This document shows, one piece after another, positions 54,113-64,000 of a DNA stretch of 64,000 bases. The stretch spans positions 2,624,001 through 2,688,000 of the forward strand of contig OZ242296.1 in the NCBI GenBank assembly GCA_965207735.1. The letters are read 5' to 3'. The notes beneath the pieces are model-generated. The model saw only the letters and a list, made by a program, of their open reading frames with translations, was not told the DNA's origin and did no database searches. A program made the translations under genes and the position numbers. This stretch comes from Candidatus Versatilivorator sp. Its GTDB lineage: Bacteria; Acidobacteriota; Terriglobia; Versatilivoradales; Versatilivoraceae. Within the stretch, counting starts at the first letter, position 1. Each line of letters begins with the position of its first letter.

Positions 54113-56578
54113 ATGAAACACACACTCTTCAGTGTCCTTTCGGCCTCACTCCTGCTGTCAGGAACAGCCTTCTCCAACGATCTTCCCGAGGTCGGAACTG
54201 TCGAAGCCCAACCGCTGTTGGCCCAGGCGCTACGGCTGGATGACGCGCTGACCTTCCTGGGAAGCGGGCTCTCGGCGGAGGACTCCCGCCGACTGCAAGC
54301 GCTGAGGGATGAAGCGCCTGGCTCGAAGACGACTCGCAGCATCCAGCAGATCCTGGACCCCTACTGCCTGGCCATGGTGGTGATCAACCCCGAGGCGCGG
54401 GTGAAGGTGCTGCGCGGCCCCACCCAGCCCGTGCTGGTGCAGAACGGCTGGAAGAGCTTCCTGATCAAGGTCCACAACCAGGCCATGGTCAAGGCACAAC
54501 TCGAAGCGGAGAGTCCCAACGCCGAGCCCATCCTGCACCGCTCGACCGGAGCCAAGCAAGCCAAGCCGGAGAACCTCCTCTCTTCCGGCCAGGTCGCCAA
54601 CCGCTTTCTGGAACTCTACATGTATCGGAGGCGGCCGCTTCTCAGCAACCTGTCGGGGGTCGAGCTCGAATATGCGGTGCTTCAGATCCACACCCGGGAC
54701 ACCGGACGCCGGGAAGCCAAACTCGGTTTCCACGTCGGCCAGGGAACCCAGGATATCGGATTTCGCAGCACCATCGACATCCTGTTCGACTGCCGGTCCG
54801 CAACCAAGGTGGTGTTCAGGATCAAGGATCATGACGGCTCGCCGGCTCGGATGGCCTCCCTGGTCATCACCGACGGGATCGAACGAATTGTGGAAGGTTC
54901 CGACCCGGTGCGGATCAGCGGGACCGCCCCCTCGGGAAGACCACCACTGCCCAAAGACTACCGGCTGTCGCTGGCGGCCCGCCAGACCTGGGAGGAGCGC
55001 GGCGCCTCCGACCTGCCGGACTTTTCCAGGGCCAAGCGGCTGACGGGAATCCGCCCCCTGCCCTCCCGCCGCCTGGCGGCGCTGGATGAATTTCCCGACT
55101 TCTTCTTTCATCCGCAGATTTACCGCGCCGACGGCGAGCACGTGTTCCTGCCGGCGGGGGAGTATGAAGTCACGCTGACCCGCGGCCCGGAGTACCTGCC
55201 CCAGACAAAACGCATCCGGGTGCCCCCGGGGAAAAAGGTCCACGAGGTCCAGCTCCAACTCACGCGCTGGGTTCACATGGCCAAGCTGGGCTGGTACAGC
55301 GCCGACCACCACGTGCACGCTGCCGGATGCAGCCACTACGAGAGCCCGGAAGAGGGCGTGCGTCCCGAGCACATGTGGCGCCAGGCCCAGGGGGAAGACC
55401 TGAATATCGCCTGCAATTTGACCTGGGGACCTTGCTGGTACTACCAGAAGAGCTACTTCACCGGCAAGGTGCATCCCCTGTCGAACCAGCAGAACCTGCT
55501 GCGATACGACGTGGAGGTCTCCGGCTTTCCCTCCTCTCACGCGGGACATGTCTGTCTGCTCCGCCTGAAAGAGGACGATTATCCGGGGGCCAGCAAGGTG
55601 GAGGAGTGGCCCAGTTGGACGCTGCCCATTCTGCAATGGGCCAAGAAACAGGACGCCGTGGTGGGCTACGCCCATTCCGGATGGGGCTTGGAACCCACGG
55701 AGCCGACCGATTCGCTTCCCAACTATGTCCTGCCCAAGTTCGACGGCATTGGAGCCAACGAGTACATCGTCACCGTGACCCAGGATGCCGTCGACTTCTA
55801 CTCTGCCGGAGACACCCCCGCTCCCTGGGAACTCAATATCTGGTACCACGTCCTGAACACCGGGTTCCGAACGCGCTTGAGCGGCGAAACCGATTTCCCC
55901 TGCATCTTCGACGACCGGGTGGGGATGGCCAGAAGCTACGCCAAGCTGGAGGGTCCGCTGAATTTCGACCGGTACATGGACCAGATTCGGGTCGGCCGCA
56001 GCTATGTTTCCGACGGAGCATCCCACATCGTCGACTTTAGCGCCAACGGTCTGGAACTGGGGACCCGGGAGAGCGAGTTGAACCTGCCGGGAGCACAAAC
56101 GGTCGAGATTCGATCCAGGGTGATCGCCCATCTGCCCGATCGCCAGGATGAGGTGGGCGCCATTATCGCTGCCAGACGAATCGACCGTCCCCCCTATTGG
56201 CACATCGAGCGCGCCCGGCTGGGAAAGACCCGCCAGGTGCCGGTGGAACTGATCGTCAACGGCGAGCCCGTGGCCAGGAAGATGGTCGAGGCGGATGGAC
56301 AATGGCGCGACGTCAGCTTCAAACACCCCCTTGAAAAGTCCAGTTGGCTGGCCCTGCGGATCTACCCCAGCTCGCACACCAATCCCATTTTCGTTCAGGT
56401 GGGGGGGAAACCGATTCGGGCGTCACTTCGGAGCGCCGAATGGTGCCGCCGGGCCGTGGACCAGTGCTGGAAGATGAAGAGTCCGCGGATTCGTCCCGAG
56501 GAACGCGAGCAGGCCGCCGCGGCCTATCAGCGGGCCCGACTCATCTACGACCGCATCATTCGGGAAAGCCGGCCGTAG
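54113..56578 (+). CDS. CehA/McbA family PHP-like metallohydrolase, secreted
   Basis: Signal MKHTLFSVLSASLLL; RGPEY, ADHHVH, SHAGH, YAHSG, GETDFP and SHTNP. Confidence 0.82.
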   Translation: MKHTLFSVLSASLLLSGTAFSNDLPEVGTVEAQPLLAQALRLDDALTFLGSGLSAEDSRRLQALRDEAPGSKTTRSIQQILDPYCLAMVVINPEARVKVLRGPTQPVLVQNGWKSFLIKVHNQAMVKAQLEAESPNAEPILHRSTGAKQAKPENLLSSGQVANRFLELYMYRRRPLLSNLSGVELEYAVLQIHTRDTGRREAKLGFHVGQGTQDIGFRSTIDILFDCRSATKVVFRIKDHDGSPARMASLVITDGIERIVEGSDPVRISGTAPSGRPPLPKDYRLSLAARQTWEERGASDLPDFSRAKRLTGIRPLPSRRLAALDEFPDFFFHPQIYRADGEHVFLPAGEYEVTLTRGPEYLPQTKRIRVPPGKKVHEVQLQLTRWVHMAKLGWYSADHHVHAAGCSHYESPEEGVRPEHMWRQAQGEDLNIACNLTWGPCWYYQKSYFTGKVHPLSNQQNLLRYDVEVSGFPSSHAGHVCLLRLKEDDYPGASKVEEWPSWTLPILQWAKKQDAVVGYAHSGWGLEPTEPTDSLPNYVLPKFDGIGANEYIVTVTQDAVDFYSAGDTPAPWELNIWYHVLNTGFRTRLSGETDFPCIFDDRVGMARSYAKLEGPLNFDRYMDQIRVGRSYVSDGASHIVDFSANGLELGTRESELNLPGAQTVEIRSRVIAHLPDRQDEVGAIIAARRIDRPPYWHIERARLGKTRQVPVELIVNGEPVARKMVEADGQWRDVSFKHPLEKSSWLALRIYPSSHTNPIFVQVGGKPIRASLRSAEWCRRAVDQCWKMKSPRIRPEEREQAAAAYQRARLIYDRIIRESRP

Positions 56579-56636
56579 CCACACGGGCAGGCCGTCACAA
56601 TCCGTGTGTGGTTCCACGTAAAAGGAGGAACAAGAG

Positions 56637-57674
56637 ATGAGCGATGTACGAGTCGGCATCGTGGGCCTGGGCTGGGTGGCCGGCGCCCACATCGACGCCT
56701 TCAAGGCCGTGTCGGGAGCGCGGGTGACGGCTGTCTGCTCGCGGCGACAGCTCGATGAGGCCGCACTGAGCCGGGATTACGGCATCCCGCTTCGAGCCTT
56801 TACCAGCTACGAGGAGATGCTGGCCGATCCTGCCATTGACGCGATCGACATCTGCACACCCCACCCGCAGCATGCCCGGCAAGCCATCGCCGCCGCCAGG
56901 GCCGGCAAGCACCTCATTATCGAGAAGCCTATCTGCCTCTCCTACCAGGACGCCCTGGAAATGCAGGCTGCCATTCGGCAGGCCGGCGTTCAGACCTGCG
57001 TCTGTTTCGAATGCCGCTTCAGTCAGCACTTCGACCTGATCCGCTCCTGCATCGACGAAGGCCTGCTGGGTGAGATTCACTATGCGGAAGTCGATTACTA
57101 CCACGGAATCGGCCCCTGGTACGGGCAGTTCGGCTGGAACGTCAAAAAGGACTTCGGGGGCAGCAGCCTCCTCACCGCCGGTTGTCACGCCCTGGACGGT
57201 CTGCTCTACTTCACCGGGTCCCGGGTCGAAGAGGTCACCAGCTACAGCACCAAATCGAGCAACTCGATTTTCGAGCCCTATGAGTACGACACCAGCACCG
57301 TTACGCTGGTGAAGTTCACCGACGGCAAGATCGGCAAGGTCGCCTCCATCGTGGATTGCCTGCAGCCCTATTACTTTCACATCCACCTGGTGGGGAGTGA
57401 AGGCAGCCTGCTCGACAACCGCATCTACAGCCAGAAGCTGAAGGGAATGACCAAGGCTCGCTGGAGTGTCCTGGAGACCGCCCTGATCGACTCCGGCGAT
57501 GTAGTGGACCATCCCTATCAGCCCCAGTTTCAAGCCTTCGCCGACAGTGTCGCCCAGGGGCGACCCATGCCGCTCACCGATTTCGAGACGGCCTTCGAGA
57601 CCCATCGCGTGGTCTTTGCGGCTGACCGCTCGGCGGCCGAAAACCGCACGGTGAAACTGGCCGAGTTGGGCTGA
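56637..57674 (+). CDS. Gfo/Idh/MocA family oxidoreductase
   Basis: [24 protein letters not shown] and GCHALD. Confidence 0.92.
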   Translation: MSDVRVGIVGLGWVAGAHIDAFKAVSGARVTAVCSRRQLDEAALSRDYGIPLRAFTSYEEMLADPAIDAIDICTPHPQHARQAIAAARAGKHLIIEKPICLSYQDALEMQAAIRQAGVQTCVCFECRFSQHFDLIRSCIDEGLLGEIHYAEVDYYHGIGPWYGQFGWNVKKDFGGSSLLTAGCHALDGLLYFTGSRVEEVTSYSTKSSNSIFEPYEYDTSTVTLVKFTDGKIGKVASIVDCLQPYYFHIHLVGSEGSLLDNRIYSQKLKGMTKARWSVLETALIDSGDVVDHPYQPQFQAFADSVAQGRPMPLTDFETAFETHRVVFAADRSAAENRTVKLAELG

Positions 57675-57708
57675 ACGCCAGGCTTGACCGAAGAAAGATC
57701 CCTCTCGA

Positions 57709-58377
57709 ATGAGCCGGAACCCCAACTATCTCAGTACTTACCAGGCCCTTGTTCCGCCCCTGCCCGGGGATTTCGAGCCGGACGCGGACCTCGGCAAACC
57801 CATCTGGCAAGGGGTCCCCGAACTGACCCTGCACCACTACCGGCAGCCGGGCAGCACCATCCCGGGAGTGAACACCGGGGTGGCGGTGGCCTATACGCCC
57901 TCCAGGCTCTATCTGGGCTATCGGTGCCAGTACTTCGAGATGCACTGCTACCAGGGTGAGGACCCTGGACCGGAGCGCTGGCTGTTGTGGGACCGGGACG
58001 TGGTGGAGGTTTTCGTCAATCCGTTTCCCGAGAGAATGAACACCTACTGGGAGTTTGAAGTCGCCCCCAACAATCAGTGGATCGACCTGGCCATCGACCT
58101 GGATCGGGACCCCGTGCTGGACGCCGGCTGGGATTCCGGCTTCGCCCACGCCACCCGGATCGACGAGGACAAGAAGGAGTGGACCTGCGAGATGAGCATT
58201 CCCGCCAGTTCGATGGGTGTTGCCTCCATCCGGCCCGGCATGGAATGGCGGATCAACTTTTTCCGGTGTGACGGAGTCGGGGAAATTCGGCAGCGCCGGC
58301 TGCTCGCCTGGAGCCCGCCCCTGGAAGATTCCTTCCACGTCCCCAGTCGATTCGGCACGATCCTCTTTCAACCCTAA
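57709..58377 (+). CDS. Carbohydrate-binding family 9-like protein
   Basis: LWDRDVVEVF, YWEFEVAP, WTCEMSIP, WRINFFRC, AWSP and FHVPSRFG. Confidence 0.8.
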   Translation: MSRNPNYLSTYQALVPPLPGDFEPDADLGKPIWQGVPELTLHHYRQPGSTIPGVNTGVAVAYTPSRLYLGYRCQYFEMHCYQGEDPGPERWLLWDRDVVEVFVNPFPERMNTYWEFEVAPNNQWIDLAIDLDRDPVLDAGWDSGFAHATRIDEDKKEWTCEMSIPASSMGVASIRPGMEWRINFFRCDGVGEIRQRRLLAWSPPLEDSFHVPSRFGTILFQP

Positions 58378-58391
58378 CCCGCGGTTCCGAA

Positions 58392-59390
58392 TCAATCCAA
58401 GGGCAGGACCCAGATATTCCGGTACCGGACGGGGTCGCGGTGATCCTGCAGGAGCAGCGGTCCGCTTTCGCCCTCTTGATTGCTCACACCCCCCGGGGTG
58501 AGCCTGGGGAGCTCCCGGTTCAAGTGAATCACCTGGCCGTTATGCCGGACCGTGATTCGGGCATTGGCGGTCTTGCTGCCGCTCGAATCGAAGCGGGGCG
58601 CCCGAAAGATGATCTCGTAGGTCTGCCACTGCAGCGGAGGAAGCGAGGCATTCACACGCGGAGCGGCAATCCTGTAGACGGCCCCGCAGCCGTTGTCCAT
58701 CGGCTCCAGACCGAAGCTGTCCAGGACCTGAACCTCGTAGCGTCCCTGGACATAGACGCCGCTGTTGCCGCGGGCTTGACCCCGGGCCTCCGGCATCAGC
58801 GGCGTGCGAAACTCGAGATGGATGCGAACGTCCCCAAACGACCGGCGGGTGAGAATGTTTCCCCGGGCCACTTCCATGCTGCCGTCTTCCCGCAGCTTCC
58901 AGCCGGCAGGCTGCCCGTCCCGGTGCATCCAGGCCTCCAGGCCGGTGCCGTCGAAAAGGACCAACGCCTTCTCGGGAGGCTTGGCTCCCAGACTCGGCGG
59001 CCGGCGCTCCATCCTCCTCAGGGAGAATCGGGCTGTCGAGCCGGCGTCGGCGCACGTGCCACTGAACCCCACGGAGTCGACCTGACCTTTAAGTTGACAG
59101 ACTCCGCCGGCCCCCTGCCCTCGATCCAGAGAGCCCGAGAACGAAACTGTCTCGCCCTTTCGACGACCGGTGGATTCACCCGCGTTCCAGGCACCGTCCT
59201 TGTCCAGTCTCATCACAGCCCGGTAGCGGTCCCCGCCCTCGGCCACAACTTGGGCCTCCAGGATCTGTTCAACCCCGTCGTCGCCGCGGAGCCTTCCTTT
59301 CCATTCACCCATAACGGAATCGCCGGCAAGGACCGCTCCGGCGCCAAGGTAGAGAGAACCCATCAGGATAATCATCAGTGAAATTCGCAT
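58392..59390 (-). CDS. DUF1080 (3-keto-disaccharide hydrolase-like) protein
   Basis: Signal peptide; LFDG, HLEF, GNSGVY, YEVQVLDS, LQDH and YRNIW. Confidence 0.9.
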   Translation of the reverse strand: MRISLMIILMGSLYLGAGAVLAGDSVMGEWKGRLRGDDGVEQILEAQVVAEGGDRYRAVMRLDKDGAWNAGESTGRRKGETVSFSGSLDRGQGAGGVCQLKGQVDSVGFSGTCADAGSTARFSLRRMERRPPSLGAKPPEKALVLFDGTGLEAWMHRDGQPAGWKLREDGSMEVARGNILTRRSFGDVRIHLEFRTPLMPEARGQARGNSGVYVQGRYEVQVLDSFGLEPMDNGCGAVYRIAAPRVNASLPPLQWQTYEIIFRAPRFDSSGSKTANARITVRHNGQVIHLNRELPRLTPGGVSNQEGESGPLLLQDHRDPVRYRNIWVLPLD

Positions 59391-59595
59391 GGCTTTTCAG
59401 AGGCAGGTTCCGCCCCCGCCCCACCCCACGACGTGCGGATCATTCAGAGGAGAAACAGCCAGCTGTTTGCGTTTTGGAAAGAGACAGGATTAATAGGACC
59501 AGAGGCCGCTGCACGGGACGCTGACTGGGAATCGGGGCGTTGGGCACGGCCATGGCCGGCACGGGGAAGATCAATCGAGAAGGACTAAGAATTGA

Positions 59596-59747
59596 ACATG
59601 GATGCACAGGATGCACAGGATTTACAGGACGAGAGCTTCCTGCACCAGAAGCCAACTCGGGCGAAGATCCGGTGCGGATTTGCGGATGTCCAGGACTGCA
59701 AGCCAGCCGTCTTCTGAAAAAATCCTGCGCATCCTGTGCATCCATGT
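59596..59747. repeat. Family B foldback repeat, second full copy
   Basis: 28-bp arms ACATGGATGCACAGGATGCACAGGATTT / AAATCCTGCGCATCCTGTGCATCCATGT with one mismatch. Confidence 0.88.
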
Positions 59748-59812
59748 GAATAAACCAACTACCCATGCTTGACCTTGAGCCGGTCTCCAACCACCCGGCG
59801 CAAGGGGTTGTT

Positions 59813-60377
59813 TCAGGCAAGCGAGGCCCCTGCCCTGCCGTGCAGATCATCCGAGAGTGAAACAATCAGAAATCGACCATCCCTTCGCGATCTTGGTACC
59901 CCGTCGCGGTTAACCTCAACGCCTTAGTGTCCCTTCGTCGTCCTTCGTGGCCCTTCGTGGATAGCTCTTTTTTCTTTTGTCTTTTGTTCTTTTCTTCGGT
60001 TGTTTCAGGCAAGCCGGGCCCCCGCCCTGCCGTGCGGATCATTCGAGAGTGAAACAATCAGAAATCGACCATCCCTTCGCGATCTTGGTACCCCGTCGCG
60101 GCCAACCTCAGCGCCTTAGTGCCCCTTCGTCGTTCTTCGTGCCCCTTCGTGGAAATGTCTTTTTCTTTTGTCTTTTTTCGGTTGTTTCAGGCAAGCCCCG
60201 CCCCTGCCCTGCCGGGCAGATCATTCGAAAGTCAAACAATCAGAAATCGATCAGTCCTTCGCGAACTTGGTACCCCGTCGCGGTTAACCTCAATGCCTTA
60301 GTGGCTCTTCGTCGTTCTTCGTGGCCCTTCGTGGATACCTCTTTTTCTTTTGTCTTTTTTCGTTTGTTTCAGGTAAG
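59813..60377 (-). repeat. Family A repeat, three head-to-tail copies (192, 182, 182 bp)
   Basis: Shared cores TCAGGYAAG at 59813, 60005, 60187 and 60369. Confidence 0.93.
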
Positions 60378-60396
60378 GATCGGAGGGTCGGGAGAC

Positions 60397-61356
60397 TCAG
60401 TTCATGACGTTTCGGGGATTTCCCTGCAGAAACGCCAGTACGTTGTCCACCACGCCCTCGTTGAGAAGCTCCACCCCTTCGGGTGTCATGTCAGCGCAGT
60501 GAGGGGTCAGAACCACCTGCTCACAGGCACGCAGCGGATGACCCGGCGGCAGGGGCTCCACCTGGAACACGTCAATGCCGGCACCTCCCAGGCGCCCCGA
60601 CCCCAAGGCGGTCGCCAGGGCTTTTTCATCCACCAGGGCTCCCCGGCCGACGTTGATCAGGACCGCGTCCGGCTTCATCCGGTTCAACTCGGTCTCGCCG
60701 ATGAGATGCCGGGACTGTTCGGTCAGCTTGAGATGGAGGCTGACCACGTCGGAGCGGCGCAGCAACTCTTCCAGCCCCACAAAAGTGACGCCCAACCGAG
60801 CGGCTCTCTCAGCCGAAGGATTAAAGGTCCAGGCGATGACCTTCATGCCGAGGGCGCGCCCCAACCGGGCCATCTCGGCGCCGATGTTGCCCGTCCCCAC
60901 CACTCCCAGGGTCTTTCCCTGCAGAAAAAGACTGTCGACACGAACCCAATCGCCCGCACGAATCAAGGCTGTCTGGTATGCGGCCCGCTTGGCGACCGCA
61001 AACATCAGCCCGAAGGCGTGCTCGGCCACGATGGGCGCGGTCTTGCCCGGCACGTTGCAAACGGTGATTCCCTGAGCCCTGGCGGCCTCGACATCGATGG
61101 CGTCGACACCGATCCCGCAGACGGTGATCATCTTGAGGTCGGGCAGTTCCTTCAAGACGTCGGCAGGCCATTTGACCGAGTTGCGGGAGTTGATCAGCAC
61201 GTCGGCCTGCCCGGCTCGGCCTATCTTCTCCCCGCGCGTCTCGGGGCGCGTGGGATAGAGAACCACCTCCGCCAGGGACCGGAGCCGTTCCAGTTGCGGC
61301 GAACCCTGGCATTGGGGAGGATCGTCTCCAGGAATGACGACGACCGGTTTGGCCAT
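60397..61356 (-). CDS. D-2-hydroxyacid dehydrogenase (SerA-like)
   Basis: GIGVDAID, VAEH, GTGNIG, INVGRG, DVFQVEP and TPH; ATG 61356 preferred. Confidence 0.92.
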   Translation of the reverse strand: MAKPVVVIPGDDPPQCQGSPQLERLRSLAEVVLYPTRPETRGEKIGRAGQADVLINSRNSVKWPADVLKELPDLKMITVCGIGVDAIDVEAARAQGITVCNVPGKTAPIVAEHAFGLMFAVAKRAAYQTALIRAGDWVRVDSLFLQGKTLGVVGTGNIGAEMARLGRALGMKVIAWTFNPSAERAARLGVTFVGLEELLRRSDVVSLHLKLTEQSRHLIGETELNRMKPDAVLINVGRGALVDEKALATALGSGRLGGAGIDVFQVEPLPPGHPLRACEQVVLTPHCADMTPEGVELLNEGVVDNVLAFLQGNPRNVMN

Positions 61357-61442
61357 ATTGGATCCTTTCGGAAACGGGTTGCGGGCTGAGGACAAGCAGC
61401 GGCCGGGGTCGACCCCTCACGACCGTCCGCCGGATACCGTCG

Positions 61443-63164
61443 TCAGTTGGTGGCGGGCGCCTCCAGCGCCACCAGGGTCTTGCTGGACATCTCGCCGGCG
61501 GAAAGGTCGATCGAGGTGGAATCGCCTTCCAGAAAACTCAGGTATTCCGGCTCGCTCTCGCGGCCGGGCTCATGTTCGGCCAGGGCGCACACCAGGTATT
61601 CGGCAGGTGGCAGGCCCTCCAGAGAATATCTTCCAGTCTGGTCGGTTTGAGTTGTCCTGGTAAAGCGCGAAAAGCTTCCCCTCTGTTGGGGATCGGCGGA
61701 AAAGACCAGGACGGTGGCTCCATCGATCGCCTTCCCGTCCTCCTCGCTTTGCACCACGCCGCTGATTCGAGATCCATGGGGGGAAACCCGGACCTCCACA
61801 CCCGACAATTGGTCATGGTCGTTCATCTCTATCAGCCGGTCGATAATGTCCTGTCCCTGGGCGCGGATGGACTCGACGTAGTGATTGCCGGGAGGAAGGT
61901 TGACAGACAAGCGATAGAGTCCTCCGGGAAGATTTGAGATCCTGAAGCTGAAGTCCTCCTCGATCGGGCGCCCCCCTCCACCAAACCTGCGTCCTCTGCC
62001 ACCGCCTTCAGCCGGCCTGGTAACCACCGAAACACGCCGCCAATTCAGGGCCGGCTCCTCGTTCTCGGATACAATTCTGCCGGTGATGGAGGCACCCGAC
62101 CCCAAAGCCAGCGTCAACCCCTGGATGTCCCGGTCAATCACCTCCACCGCCGCGCTGGCAATCTGCGGTTCCTGTCCACGTCCCCTGCGGGCGATCAGAC
62201 GATACCTGCCCGGCAGCAGACCGGCCACCTTGAATGTTCCCTGAAGGTCCGTGGTGGCGCCTCCCCTCAGGGAAACCTGCCCCGGGGAGGACCGGTTGAC
62301 CGTCATGATTCGAACCGACTGAGCCGGACTTCCCTCCTCCGCCAGCACCCGCCCGCTGACACTGTAGGTGTGGGACTCGATCAGGGTGAGATGAAAACCG
62401 CCCACTTCCCCACCCGCGCTCACCTCAATCCTGGTGGCCTGCTCGGGACTCGGAACTCCCGGATAGTAGGTGGGAGGAAAGGACTGCCCCCGGCGGCCCC
62501 TCCCCCTCCCCCCAAATAAACGAAAGCCGCCCTGGGTCGCGCTCAGGAAATAACTTCCCGGCGGGATATCGAAAAGTCGAAACTGACCGCGGTCATCGGT
62601 CTGGGCGCGAGCCACCGGAACCAGAGTGCGCTCGCCTTGCACGGTCTGGTATCCGCTCATGGTGACGATGACTCTCGAAAGAGGCTCGTAGTCCTGATCG
62701 GCCACCCGTCCCTCCACGACGCCCCCTCGAATCAGCTTGAAGTCGATCCCGTTCAATACCTGCCCATTTCCCAGTGTCAGGGGAGTGCCACCCCGCTGCC
62801 CTCTGAATGCCTGGATTCTCTTCTGGCCGTAATTCTGCGGGAGAAAGCCGTTCCGCATCACGCTCAGCAGGTATTTGCCCGCTTCGAGGTCCGTGAATTC
62901 GTATTGGCCGCGATCATCGGAGCGGGCGGTTCGCTCGCTGTCGCCGCCACGGCTGCCCGACTTCTGCAGCGACACCGTGGCCTTGGCCAGCGGACTTTCG
63001 CCGTCAGCAGCCAAGACCGTTCCCTGGATCACTCCACGCTCGCGCCCTTCCCGGTCTTGATCGGAACTCCTCGGAAACTGACCTCGGAATTGTCCCCTTG
63101 CATCAATCACGCCAACCAACAGACAGACAACCACAGTCGGAAACAGGAATCGGGTTCTCATCAC
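61443..63164 (-). CDS. Secreted multi-domain carboxypeptidase regulatory-like (prealbumin-fold) protein
   Basis: Signal peptide; repeated G.I.G.V...TD..G.F....L.PG.Y units and PTYYPG. Confidence 0.85.
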   Translation of the reverse strand: MMRTRFLFPTVVVCLLVGVIDARGQFRGQFPRSSDQDREGRERGVIQGTVLAADGESPLAKATVSLQKSGSRGGDSERTARSDDRGQYEFTDLEAGKYLLSVMRNGFLPQNYGQKRIQAFRGQRGGTPLTLGNGQVLNGIDFKLIRGGVVEGRVADQDYEPLSRVIVTMSGYQTVQGERTLVPVARAQTDDRGQFRLFDIPPGSYFLSATQGGFRLFGGRGRGRRGQSFPPTYYPGVPSPEQATRIEVSAGGEVGGFHLTLIESHTYSVSGRVLAEEGSPAQSVRIMTVNRSSPGQVSLRGGATTDLQGTFKVAGLLPGRYRLIARRGRGQEPQIASAAVEVIDRDIQGLTLALGSGASITGRIVSENEEPALNWRRVSVVTRPAEGGGRGRRFGGGGRPIEEDFSFRISNLPGGLYRLSVNLPPGNHYVESIRAQGQDIIDRLIEMNDHDQLSGVEVRVSPHGSRISGVVQSEEDGKAIDGATVLVFSADPQQRGSFSRFTRTTQTDQTGRYSLEGLPPAEYLVCALAEHEPGRESEPEYLSFLEGDSTSIDLSAGEMSSKTLVALEAPATN

Positions 63165-63535
63165 TTACTCACACGATCAACCACTCAGATTTTTCGGATG
63201 GAAACATTATGCGGCAGAATGCTGGTGGATTCCATATCTCCATTGGCCGGTTCGCAGCCCGTCGGCTCCTGCTTGTATTCGAAGCAGGGTTCGACAAGCG
63301 CGGGGTCGGTCATCCCCTCAGTCCGGCCAGTTGGACAGCCATTTTCTCACTTGGACAATTTGCCCGACAAACAGAAAACGCCGCCGAATGGACTCGTCGC
63401 TCCGAGGCTCGAATCACTTAACCCGAAGTTCCTCCCATTTTACACCCAAAAAATCGCCTTAAGCCATTTGTTTTCTTGGGGAAGAGGATTGAGGCGTGTG
63501 GAGTGTTGTTCCCATGTATATGATTAGCATTTATC

Positions 63536-63563
63536 TTGACATGATAGTTGTATGTGATATCGT
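63536..63563 (+). promoter_or_regulatory. Putative sigma70 promoter of the transposase
   Basis: TTGACA (63536-63541), 16-nt spacer ending TGA, TATCGT (63558-63563), 6 nt before the ATG. Confidence 0.5.
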
Positions 63564-63569
63564 AGTCCC

Positions 63570-64000
63570 ATGTACGTCGAAACCGTCCCCAACCGCAACT
63601 CTCCCCCTGCCATCCTCCTGCGCGAAGGCCGCCGTGAGGGTAAAAAGGTCCATAAACGCACCCTGGCCAATCTCTCCCATTGGCCCAAGGACAAGATCGA
63701 GCGCCTCCGGCGCGTGCTCAAGAACGAACCCCTGGTCCATCCCGACCAACTCTTCGCCATCGAACGCTCCCTGCCTCATGGCCACGTCGAGTTGCTGCTG
63801 GAAGTGGTGCGGCAGCTGAAGCTGCCGGCGCTGATCGATTCCCGACCCTCTCCCCAACGGGACCGGGTCTTGGCCATGATCCTGCAGCGTCTGCTCTATC
63901 CGGCCTCCAAGCTGGCCACCACCCGTCTTTGGCACACCACCACGTTGGGTGAGGAACTGTCCCTTGAGGACACCGACGAGGACGATCTCTATGAGGCCAT
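63570..64000 (+). CDS. IS1634-family transposase, N-terminal part (runs off the window)
   Basis: Manual translation MYVETVPNRNSPPAILLREGRREGKKVHKRTLANLSHWP...SLPHGHV...PASKLATTRLW...DEDDLYEA; not in the ORF track. Confidence 0.88.
   Translation, partial: MYVETVPNRNSPPAILLREGRREGKKVHKRTLANLSHWPKDKIERLRRVLKNEPLVHPDQLFAIERSLPHGHVELLLEVVRQLKLPALIDSRPSPQRDRVLAMILQRLLYPASKLATTRLWHTTTLGEELSLEDTDEDDLYEA

Larger units (their letters stand above)
63422..64000 (+). mobile_element. IS1634-family insertion sequence, left part
   Basis: Candidate left end CCCGAAGTTCC at 63422 (approximate), AT-rich leader, then transposase. Confidence 0.75.

Noticed and set aside
59813-60377. Possible CRISPR array or integron cassette array
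   Set aside because: Units are wholly homologous with no unique spacers or cassette ORFs; no integrase or cas gene in the window.

Overview
GC-rich bacterial chromosome segment; the gene content (carboxypeptidase-regulatory-domain protein, DUF1549/DUF1553-DUF1501 pair, PQQ-like propeller, DUF1080) suggests Acidobacteriota, which is an inference. Left third: housekeeping and metabolic genes (ribH-nusB-lysS, rhomboid, glcDEF, dCMP deaminase, pyc, apgM, a UroD-like methyltransferase with a corrinoid protein). Centre (about 24.2-38.5 kb): an accessory polymorphic-toxin island made of a CI-like repressor lacking its Ser/Lys dyad, a 5'-truncated IPT/TIG adhesin carrying an Rhs-like hairpin, a secreted possibly LolA-like protein, a signal-peptide Rhs protein ending in a GIY-YIG nuclease, and a putative immunity protein in which an LRR is fused to an apparently inactivated, acidified Vsr domain. 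Downstream lie Rhs fragments punctuated by five alternating copies of a ~26-bp repeat. Right part: sugar/acid catabolic genes, secreted hydrolases and the start of an IS1634-family element. Two dispersed non-coding repeat families recur: a ~170-190-bp element bounded by CTTGYCTGA direct repeats (7 full copies, three of them tandem) and a foldback element whose arms co-vary between copies. All calls are by eye from motifs; no searches were run.
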